From positions 1 through 40,301 of the IMG/VR virus record IMGVR_UViG_3300011441_000005: DNA of 40,301 nt; one strand, 5' to 3'. Numbering within the stretch: the stretch's first letter is position 1; the number at the start of each line of letters is the position of its first letter. The notes below the pieces were generated by a model. That model was not told the origin of the DNA and made no database searches. It saw only the letters and a list, made by a program, of their open reading frames with translations. The position numbers and the translations under genes were made by a program. Source of the DNA: a virus. This document shows, one piece after another, positions 25,318-31,405 of this stretch.

Positions 25318-26200
25318 CGGGCACCTCCTCTTGCGCGTCGTTGCCATCGTCGGCAGATGGGGCATCCTTGACCACGTCGGCGCGACGCTTCTTGCCGTAG
25401 GCAATCAGGTCATCCCACATCTCTTTCGTTAGCAGTTTCTCTGCCCACGCCTTTCTTTGCAGGCCGAGAACGATAGCCAGCTCTGACGGGCCCTTCGCCG
25501 CGGTGATCATCACGCGTAGCTCATGGTGCGTCTTCTTCTGGCGCTGCTCGTCTGGCGGCGGCGGCTCTTGCTTCGGGCCAGAGAACGCCTCTTCGGGCAA
25601 GTCCTCGACGTCTTGCGTGAAGAGTCCAGACGAGCGCGTTGCTCCGATGACGGCCATGACGAGCGCTCGCTTGCACGCCATCTTCTTCATGGTGTTGACG
25701 AGAGAGAAAATGTCGTCATTGGGGATGAAGAATTGCGTATACGGGCGCCCGTTCTTTTTGCTCTTGCCCTCGCGGCACTTGAGCGTGTTCTTGGCGAGAC
25801 CCGCTGGGATCTCGTTGTCGAACGCCCACCGGCCCGCGTAGCGCTTCTCTTTCGAGTTGCACGAGCCGATGCCGTCGCCGACGAATGAGAGGTCACGACG
25901 CGACGTGAGCACGCATCGGACCTCGTAGTGAAAGAGGGGCCTGTCCCAATCCTCGATGCAGCGCACGTCTTGGAACGACGTGGCAAAGCCGTAGATCTCG
26001 CAGAGTTTCTGCGCGCCCGGCTGGAGCAGCGTCGGCTTGTCGGTCCCGGGGATTACCCCGAAGTCGATGTCCTCCTTCATGACCTCTTGCACGAACGCCT
26101 GTAGCTGCTGAAGGCGACGCATCGCCTCGGCCGGCGACGTGGCCATGGTCAGGCCGCCGTAGTCCCCCCCCGTTGTCGCGAGCGCGTTGCCGTTATCCAT
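25307..26200 (-). CDS. Single-strand annealing protein candidate (Erf/Rad52-superfamily-like)
   Basis: ATG 26200 follows GGAGG; 297 aa. It contains DFGVIPGTDKPTLLQPGAQKL and KKMACKRALVMAVIGATRSSGLFTQDVEDLPEE (a basic helix followed by an acidic tail). It sits directly upstream of the nuclease, as in exo/annealase pairs. The family assignment is uncertain. Confidence 0.5.
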   Translation of the reverse strand: MDNGNALATTGGDYGGLTMATSPAEAMRRLQQLQAFVQEVMKEDIDFGVIPGTDKPTLLQPGAQKLCEIYGFATSFQDVRCIEDWDRPLFHYEVRCVLTSRRDLSFVGDGIGSCNSKEKRYAGRWAFDNEIPAGLAKNTLKCREGKSKKNGRPYTQFFIPNDDIFSLVNTMKKMACKRALVMAVIGATRSSGLFTQDVEDLPEEAFSGPKQEPPPPDEQRQKKTHHELRVMITAAKGPSELAIVLGLQRKAWAEKLLTKEMWDDLIAYGKKRRADVVKDAPSADDGNDAQEEVPDAG

Positions 26201-26465
26201 TGGCGGCCTCCGGCAAAGGGTCAACGCCTACCAGCACCACGCGCTCCGCCCGATGCTCGTCGAGCTTGGAGCGCAGCTCATTGAGCACGCGCTCCGGTGT
26301 CGTGTCCTCGTTCAAGCCGATCCAGCCAACATGCTCCTCGTACACCGCAAAGCGCACCGTTGGCAGGCAGCCGTTGTGGTGCGCGATGTCGATCTGCACG
26401 TGGACGTAAGCCTTCTCGCCAGCTATCTCCAAAGCTCTTCGGTCGAATTCTGCTGCTGTAATCAT
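26193..26465 (-). CDS. Hypothetical early protein
   Basis: 90 aa. ATG 26465 is preceded by AAGGAG on the minus strand and forms an ATGA overlap with the upstream gene. Confidence 0.6.
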   Translation of the reverse strand: MITAAEFDRRALEIAGEKAYVHVQIDIAHHNGCLPTVRFAVYEEHVGWIGLNEDTTPERVLNELRSKLDEHRAERVVLVGVDPLPEAANG

Positions 26466-26764
26466 TGGCGTGTCTCCTTGTTTGATGAACTTTGGCGGCA
26501 CGAGGCGAAGTGCGGCGCGTAGCGGCGCTGTCCCTCGTGAGCCGGACCGAAGGTCACGGCGTTGCCGGCGACGATGACCCAGTCGCCTTGGGGGTGGACG
26601 TCGAACGGCATGCGCTTGCCGGTTGCCGCGGTCGCCCAAACGACGACGGCATCGCATCGGGAGCACACCCCATTGTTCGGCGGTTGCTCGGGCTGGTGTT
26701 TCGGTCGCGAAACACGCGAACCGAGCGACTCCAGCAGTTTCAAGCCTCGCTCGTATGCGTTCAT
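26462..26764 (-). CDS. Hypothetical zinc-binding protein (CxxC...HxxxC)
   Basis: 100 aa, ATG 26764. It contains CSRCDAVVVWATAATGKRMPFD...HFASC. Confidence 0.6.
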   Translation of the reverse strand: MNAYERGLKLLESLGSRVSRPKHQPEQPPNNGVCSRCDAVVVWATAATGKRMPFDVHPQGDWVIVAGNAVTFGPAHEGQRRYAPHFASCRQSSSNKETRQ

Positions 26765-26922
26765 CGGATGTCGCTCCGGTCGTCGATGGGGTCGTGCTCG
26801 TCCCGGTCGCGCGGGCACGCCGGGCAAGCGCCATCGCGCAGCGGGCATCCGCAGTCCGGACACGGGAGCGGTCGCGCCAGCGGTTTCGCGGCGCCTCGGC
26901 TGCGGATGCGAGGCGCTTTCAC
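26761..26922 (-). CDS. Small zinc-ribbon protein (tentative)
   Basis: 53 aa. GTG 26922 overlaps the upstream stop (GTGA) and its own stop overlaps the next ATG (ATGA). It contains CPDCGCPLRDGACPACP. Only the 3' third of track ORF 26761..27189 is accepted. Confidence 0.4.
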   Translation of the reverse strand: MKAPRIRSRGAAKPLARPLPCPDCGCPLRDGACPACPRDRDEHDPIDDRSDIR

Positions 26923-27260
26923 AGCTGCACCATACCGACGCACGCCGGCCAGCCTCGCGACAGCCGCTCGCACGACATCGCGCGCGCTTTCGCAACGCAC
27001 TCGTCGGCCTGGTCCGCGTCCATGACCACGATGCCGAGCGCGCCGCCCTCGCACTGTGCGTAAACCTTGCGCAGCTGCTCGTGGTACCAGGCGTCGGGCG
27101 ACAGCTCGCACTCGGTGAGCCGCACCTCGAGCGCGCGCACGTACTCGGTGCACGTCGCATCGCCGACGCGGACCGCGCAGCTGCTGCACGTCGCAACGAG
27201 CGCCGCGATTGCGTAGACGCCAACGACGACGGAGGCAGTGAACAGAGCGCCTAGTTTCAT
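26919..27260 (-). CDS. Exported Cys-rich protein (signal peptide, possible lipoprotein)
   Basis: 113 aa. GAGAGG lies 6 nt upstream of ATG 27260. MKLGALFTASVVVGVYAIAALVATC is followed by seven further Cys. Confidence 0.6.
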   Translation of the reverse strand: MKLGALFTASVVVGVYAIAALVATCSSCAVRVGDATCTEYVRALEVRLTECELSPDAWYHEQLRKVYAQCEGGALGIVVMDADQADECVAKARAMSCERLSRGWPACVGMVQL

Positions 27261-27270
27261 GGTTGACCTC

Positions 27271-27465
27271 TCAATTCCACGGTGAAACCCTCCAAGGGTG
27301 GGACGACAACTCGCGCTCCATTGCCCGCGTGATCTCCGCCCGCATCGCGCGCATGGCCTTCATGGCCTGCGTACGCTCGCACTTGTGGCCGTGCAGGTGA
27401 CCGGCCCAGAACGCGATTACGCAGAGCAGAATCCCCGAGGAGAGAGCGATTACGACTTCGATCAC
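27271..27465 (-). CDS. Small single-pass membrane protein
   Basis: 64 aa with a GTGA overlap start. The hydrophobic N-terminus (IEVVIALSSGILLCVIAFWAG) is followed by a basic helical tail. Confidence 0.55.
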   Translation of the reverse strand: MIEVVIALSSGILLCVIAFWAGHLHGHKCERTQAMKAMRAMRAEITRAMERELSSHPWRVSPWN

Positions 27466-27944
27466 GATTCCACCAACGCCTTTCTCGCGTTCGCATATAG
27501 ACGGTCGTAGTTCTTCGGCCTGTCCTTCACGCGGCGGTCCGTCGCCGGCAGTCTGCCAACGTGACGGCGAATCGCCTTGCGCATGCTGCCGCCAACCATC
27601 GCGCGGTGAATGCGCAGCTCGCGCCCCGCTAGGTCAGTGGAAAGAGTGTTCGACGCGCATATCTCGTCCGGCGAGTGCCCATCCCACCAATAGAATTGCA
27701 GCTGGAATAGGCCGTACGCCCGCGGTTTGCCGTTCTTGTCAGGGTCGCACTCCCACCGTTTGCAGGCACACCTCTCGATGGTCTCGCGAAAGTCAGACTC
27801 AGCCGCCGCCGTGACGACGAGAGCGACGGCGATCTCCAAGTCGTCACCGGCGGCCAGGGCGATGTCGGCCGCGTACCGCTCCGCAGTGGCCGCGGGGAGC
27901 GCCGGGGCGAGCGTGAGGATTGCTGCGAGGACGAGCGCGGTCAT
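27462..27944 (-). CDS. Exported (signal or SAR-type) lytic transglycosylase, second SLT-like enzyme in the genome
   Basis: ATG 27944 after GGAG; 160 aa. MTALVLAAILTLAPALPAATA is followed by VTAAAESDF (candidate catalytic Glu) and PRAYGLFQLQ (SLT-type motif). Confidence 0.65.
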   Translation of the reverse strand: MTALVLAAILTLAPALPAATAERYAADIALAAGDDLEIAVALVVTAAAESDFRETIERCACKRWECDPDKNGKPRAYGLFQLQFYWWDGHSPDEICASNTLSTDLAGRELRIHRAMVGGSMRKAIRRHVGRLPATDRRVKDRPKNYDRLYANARKALVES

Positions 27945-28093
27945 TGCTTCTCCGTGATCCGCACAGGATGCAGGTCGTCGTACGCCACAAGCGACTTGGT
28001 CGAGCGCGAGGCGTCGTTGATCAGAAAAAGGACGATCCCAGGCACCGACATCACGCCGCAGAACGTCCAGCGCTGGCGAGAGAGGGGGCTCAC
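27941..28093 (-). CDS. Small membrane protein (tentative)
   Basis: 50 aa. GTG 28093 overlaps the upstream stop (GTGA) and its own stop overlaps the next ATG (ATGA). The hydrophobic core is FCGVMSVPGIVLFLI. Confidence 0.4.
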   Translation of the reverse strand: MSPLSRQRWTFCGVMSVPGIVLFLINDASRSTKSLVAYDDLHPVRITEKQ

Positions 28094-28263
28094 GACTGCC
28101 CCCGCTCGGCACGGAGGCGCCGGCAAAGCTCGGCATAAGCGTCCAGAACCGTCTCGCCCGCGGCATGGCGCGGCAGCGGGCGCTCCACCTCGCGCTGGAG
28201 CCTGTCAAGGCGGATTGAAAGCTCGGCCGTGGCCACTGCGAGCGCAGGCGAGTTGGTCAGCAT
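28090..28263 (-). CDS. First gene of leftward early operon, 57-aa helical protein, predicted leaderless
   Basis: ATG 28263 lies exactly 7 nt downstream of the predicted -10 of the leftward promoter, and no SD is present. The upstream in-frame codons of the track ORF fall inside the promoter. Confidence 0.45.
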   Translation of the reverse strand: MLTNSPALAVATAELSIRLDRLQREVERPLPRHAAGETVLDAYAELCRRLRAERGQS

Positions 28264-28299
28264 GACAACCATGGTAGTCGCGACGACATCGGTTGTCAA
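28261..28299 (-). promoter_or_regulatory. Leftward early promoter/operator (PL analogue)
   Basis: The minus strand reads TTGACA-ACCGATGTCGTCGCGAC-TACCAT-GGTTGTC-ATG. This gives a consensus -35, a 17-nt spacer and a TAnnnT -10. It is near-identical to the 28768-28806 unit. Confidence 0.5.
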
Positions 28300-28368
28300 C
28301 TACGTGGTCAGACTTTTCTGCTACACACATGTCCCCACGAGCGCCGGCGCTACTTTGCGCGACTTGCG

Positions 28369-28719
28369 CTAATGGCGCAGTTTGACCGGCGGCGGCGGCG
28401 GCGTAGGGACAGGTGGGGGTGTTTCGTCGCTGCCAGCGCCACCCATTCGTTGCCGAATATCGTCTGACGGCCAGCCGATGTTTTCGGCGAACCAAGGCCA
28501 TGGCACATTGAGGGCGCGGCGCATGCGGACCAACGTTTCCAGCGTGTGATCGGCGTCCGGGCGTTTTTTCCACCGCGCGACGGCTGTCCCGAGCGTTGTC
28601 TCGTTCAGGCCGGCGCGTCGACAGAGCTCACGCGCGCTCACGCCGTGCTGATCGTAAAAGTCCAACATCCACTCCACGCGCCCCCGCAACGTGGTCCATT
28701 CAGAGGGGCGTTTGTTCAT
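28369..28719 (-). CDS. HTH regulator in the cI position (repressor candidate, no S24 peptidase domain)
   Basis: 116 aa with the HTH HGVSARELCRRAGLNETTLGTAVARW. It lies between the twin promoters and is divergent from the XRE gene. It has a Pro-rich tail (PPPVPTPPPPPV). Confidence 0.7.
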   Translation of the reverse strand: MNKRPSEWTTLRGRVEWMLDFYDQHGVSARELCRRAGLNETTLGTAVARWKKRPDADHTLETLVRMRRALNVPWPWFAENIGWPSDDIRQRMGGAGSDETPPPVPTPPPPPVKLRH

Positions 28720-28767
28720 CAGTTTCTAGTCTGCGCTGTCCGACGACAGACGTCATCACGAAGAGGC

Positions 28768-28806
28768 TTGACAACCGAGGTAGTCACGACTACCGTTGTC
28801 GTCGTG
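28768..28806 (+). promoter_or_regulatory. Rightward early promoter/operator (PR analogue) with a perfect 16-bp palindrome
   Basis: It reads TTGACA-ACCGAGGTAGTCACGAC-TACCGT-TGTCGTC-GTG. GGTAGTC-AC-GACTACC (28779-28794) is a perfect inverted repeat overlapping the -10, with an outer GACAAC...GTTGTC repeat. Confidence 0.5.
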
Positions 28807-29106
28807 AGCCAAGACACCATCGGCCGGAGAATCCGGCAGCTACGTGGGTACGCCGGCGTCTCGGCGCGCGAACTCGACCGCCTGGTAGGGCGGGCAAGCC
28901 AGGGATACACGGCGCTCATTGAGGCCGACCGACGCGGCAACATCTCGGCGGACATCGCGCGCGGGTACGCTCGCGTGCTCGGGTGTTCTCTCGACTGGTT
29001 GATCAATGGGTCCGGTAAGGCCCCCACGGTCAATACGGTATCGGGCGCAGTTGCCGCAGCCGCCGCGGCTATTGCGGCTAGTCGCGGCAGGGTGGCCAGA
29101 TGCTAG
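28804..29106 (+). CDS. XRE-family HTH regulator in the cro position, predicted leaderless
   Basis: GTG 28804, 100 aa. IGRRIRQLRGYAGVSARELDRLVGRASQGYTALIEADRRGNISADIARGYARVLGCSLDWLI is a typical HTH_3 (Cro/CI) domain. Confidence 0.75.
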   Translation: MSQDTIGRRIRQLRGYAGVSARELDRLVGRASQGYTALIEADRRGNISADIARGYARVLGCSLDWLINGSGKAPTVNTVSGAVAAAAAAIAASRGRVARC

Positions 29107-29393
29107 TCGGCGGCGGCTCTCTTCGCCCGGGCGCACTCCACGGTCAGCGTGCCGCGTTGAACGGGCACGTATGTGCTCCGTTGCGTGTACGGGCTCGTCG
29201 CGACGTAGCCACTGTTGACGGTACCGCGGTCGATTACTTCGTATCCGCGGGGGCACTTTTCGGCCGCTTCGTCCATGCATGCGGACTGGTCGCGTGGGCA
29301 CTCGATGTGCCAGGCGCGTCCGCCGGACGGGGACATTACGGGTGTGCTGGAAACGCAGCCTATGAGGGGCAGGCAGGCGAGCAGAAGGCGCAT
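29103..29393 (-). CDS. Lipoprotein moron (reverse-oriented single gene)
   Basis: ATG 29393, 96 aa. MRLLLACLPLIG-C is a canonical lipobox and the mature part has 4 more Cys. It is convergent with the cro-like gene, with stop codons overlapping in CTAG. Confidence 0.65.
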   Translation of the reverse strand: MRLLLACLPLIGCVSSTPVMSPSGGRAWHIECPRDQSACMDEAAEKCPRGYEVIDRGTVNSGYVATSPYTQRSTYVPVQRGTLTVECARAKRAAAD

Positions 29394-29467
29394 AGCCCGA
29401 GCCTGACCGGCAACGGCGATTCGTGCAAGACGGCGCAGAGGTTCAGTCAAGAAAGGACGGTACAGAG

Positions 29468-29815
29468 ATGAAAGAGATCCATCAGATGGGGGCGCAGGGT
29501 GATGTCGTCTTCCGGCGCGTGAAGGCGGTGCCGAAAGGCTTCGCCGAGCAGCCAGCGGCCGCGCGAATCATCGTGGCGCACTCGGAAACTGGCCACCATC
29601 ACTCAATCGATGTTGCCGGCGTGAAGCACTTTGTCGGGACCGATCCGCTCGTTTGCTACTTGCAGCTGGCAACGGTGGAATCGGCCAAGGTGACCCACCA
29701 TCGCCCGTGGGACACGCACGAGGAACTGAACCTCATGGGCGGCGCGGGCAGTGTTTTCGAGGTGCGCAGGCAGCGCGAATACACGCCGGAAGGGTGGCGA
29801 CGTGTCGAAGACTAA
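29468..29815 (+). CDS. Hypothetical protein with QGDVVF...AHSETGHHH motif
   Basis: 115 aa. ATG 29468 follows AGGACGG. The His cluster suggests metal binding. It resembles a recurrent phage family of unknown function (from memory). Confidence 0.6.
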   Translation: MKEIHQMGAQGDVVFRRVKAVPKGFAEQPAAARIIVAHSETGHHHSIDVAGVKHFVGTDPLVCYLQLATVESAKVTHHRPWDTHEELNLMGGAGSVFEVRRQREYTPEGWRRVED

Positions 29816-30767
29816 GCCGACGGGCAAGACCGAGAAGCTGACAGCGAAACAAGTCGCGCAGCTCGCGCTGTATCGCGCCCGCTGGCTTGGCTACGGGCTG
29901 TCGACCGCGCAGGCGGAGCGTGAGAAGGCCGTGCGGCACATCGGCGCCGCCTATCGTGCGGCCGGTCTCGAGCCGCCGCCGATCGTCGTGTGGCTCGCGT
30001 CGCCAATGGCCGGCGCGATCGGCGCAGAGCTTCTGACGCGTGCGCCGGGAGCTCTGCGCGTCAGGGCCCAAGTCGGGGACCAAGTCGGGGACCAAGTCGG
30101 GGACCAAGTCTGGGACCAAGTCGGGGCCCAAGTCGGGGACCAAGTCAGTCGCGCTGGCTATGGCCAGCACGACGCGAATTGGCTCGGCTTCTACGAATAC
30201 TTCGCCGAAGTGTGCGGGCTACAGGACAAGGTTAAAAAACTAGAAGGGCTCATCGGCATTGGCAAGACGTGCGGGTGGTGGTGGCCGTTTCGAGGCGCCG
30301 TCATTTTGACGGAGCGGCCGTGTTTCATGCAACGCGACGAGACGGGCCGACTGCACAGCGAGCACCGCGCGGCGATCGAATACCCGGACGGATGGGGCGT
30401 GTACGCGTGGCATGGGACGCGTGTGCCGAAGGAATGGATCCTAGCAAAGGACGCGCTCAAGGCCGCCGATGTGCTCGGCCATCAGAACGTCGAGCAGCGA
30501 CGGGCCGGCTGCGAGATCTTGGGCTGGAAGCGAATCCTCGAAGAGCTGAAGCCCATCGTCGTCAACGAAGACGTTGAGCCCGAGATAGGGACGCTGCTCC
30601 GCGCCGACCTTCCTGGCGCCCCCGGAAGCCAGTTTCTCAAGGTGCGCTGCGGCACCGGGCGCGACTTCGTTTTACCCGTGCCGCCGAACATGAAGACGGC
30701 GCTGGAAGCAAACGCGTGGACGTACGGGCTAGAGGCGAAAGAGCTGCAGCTGGAGGCTCGCACGTAA
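29802..30767 (+). CDS. Hypothetical protein with internal (QVGD)n repeat and GWWWP...LH...YPDGW...WHG C-terminal domain
   Basis: GTG 29802 (14-nt overlap), 321 aa. N-terminal YRARWLGYGLSTAQAEREKAVRHIGAAYRAAGLEPPPIVVWLASP and the C-terminal domain resemble a widespread bacterial DUF family (possibly DUF6745, unverified). Confidence 0.65.
   Translation: MSKTKPTGKTEKLTAKQVAQLALYRARWLGYGLSTAQAEREKAVRHIGAAYRAAGLEPPPIVVWLASPMAGAIGAELLTRAPGALRVRAQVGDQVGDQVGDQVWDQVGAQVGDQVSRAGYGQHDANWLGFYEYFAEVCGLQDKVKKLEGLIGIGKTCGWWWPFRGAVILTERPCFMQRDETGRLHSEHRAAIEYPDGWGVYAWHGTRVPKEWILAKDALKAADVLGHQNVEQRRAGCEILGWKRILEELKPIVVNEDVEPEIGTLLRADLPGAPGSQFLKVRCGTGRDFVLPVPPNMKTALEANAWTYGLEAKELQLEART
30069..30152 (+). repeat. 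12-bp tandem repeat CAAGTCGGGGAC, six full units plus one degenerate
   Basis: The units start at 30069, 30081, 30093, 30105 (CAAGTCTGGGAC), 30117 (..GGGGCC), 30129 and 30141 (degenerate). The repeat is in-frame and encodes QVGDQVGDQVGDQVWDQVGAQVGDQVS. Confidence 0.95.
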
Positions 30768-30940
30768 TGCAGCTCTCGCTCTTCTGCGGGCACGTCTTCC
30801 GCGGCGCCCACCTCGGCGTGCGCAAGACGCGGCGGTGCATTCTCACGCCGGGGCATTACGGCTCGCATTGGGACAGCGTTGTGGCTTGGACCGTCGGGTG
30901 CAAGTGGGCCGACTGGCGCGGCAGAAAGAAGGTGGCGTGA
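30767..30940 (+). CDS. Small hypothetical protein
   Basis: 57 aa with a TAATG overlap with the upstream gene. It has scattered Cys/His residues. Confidence 0.5.
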   Translation: MQLSLFCGHVFRGAHLGVRKTRRCILTPGHYGSHWDSVVAWTVGCKWADWRGRKKVA

Positions 30941-31164
30941 TGGGCGCGGCGAATCAGTGCGATCGGTGTCATGTTCTGGTCGCGGACGGAGAGCCGTTCG
31001 CCACCGTCGAGTTTCGCGTCACGCGCTACCGCGAAGGCGTTGCTGGCTTGGGCAAGATGGACCTTTGCGAGCGATGCGCGCTTCGTCTCAATCTGTACTT
31101 GCGCTCTAAAGACGAGGCGGCCCCGACGCCGCGACCGCCTGCGCCGAGGGCTAAGAAGCGATGA
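30940..31164 (+). CDS. Small zinc-ribbon protein
   Basis: 74 aa with a TGATG overlap. It contains CDRCHV...CERCAL and a basic Pro-rich tail. Confidence 0.55.
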   Translation: MGAANQCDRCHVLVADGEPFATVEFRVTRYREGVAGLGKMDLCERCALRLNLYLRSKDEAAPTPRPPAPRAKKR

Positions 31165-31207
31165 ACGCCCACGAGCGCTACGTGCGGGCCCTGCGGGAGG
31201 TGTCGTA

Positions 31208-31405
31208 ATGGTCGCCGCCGAGCAGCTTGAGCCGGAAGTGCTCACCGTGAAGGAAGCGGCGGCACTGCTTCGCCTCAATCACAAGACGGTGTACGCCATG
31301 GTCGAGAAGCGCCAGCTCCCAGGGGCAAAGTGGTTTCGCGGCACAATCCGCATTCACCGCGCCACGTTGCTCGCGTGGATGGCGCAAGGGGCGGCGCCGC
31401 GATGA
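31208..31405 (+). CDS. xis: Excisionase-family HTH DNA-binding protein
   Basis: 65 aa. LTVKEAAALLRLNHKTVYAMVEKRQLPGAKWFRGTIRIHRATLLAWM matches the excisionase/MerR-like HTH_17 pattern. It has an ATGA overlap with int. Confidence 0.7.
   Translation: MVAAEQLEPEVLTVKEAAALLRLNHKTVYAMVEKRQLPGAKWFRGTIRIHRATLLAWMAQGAAPR

Noticed and set aside
26761-27189. The full-length 142-aa minus-strand ORF overlapping the Cys-rich exported protein gene
   Set aside because: Its 5' two-thirds overlap 26919..27260, which has a signal peptide and a good RBS. Only the last 53 codons, starting at the GTG that overlaps the upstream stop, are retained, and those only tentatively.
28340-28351. The 12-bp perfect palindrome AGCGCCGGCGCT between the cI-like gene stop and the leftward promoter
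   Set aside because: It could be a regulator site or a weak terminator, but it is a simple GC palindrome of a kind common in GC-rich DNA. It is unique in the window and has no supporting context.
30069-30152. A tandem repeat considered as a possible CRISPR-like or non-coding array
   Set aside because: The units are 12 bp and head-to-tail with no spacers. They are in-frame inside a long ORF, so this is a coding microsatellite.
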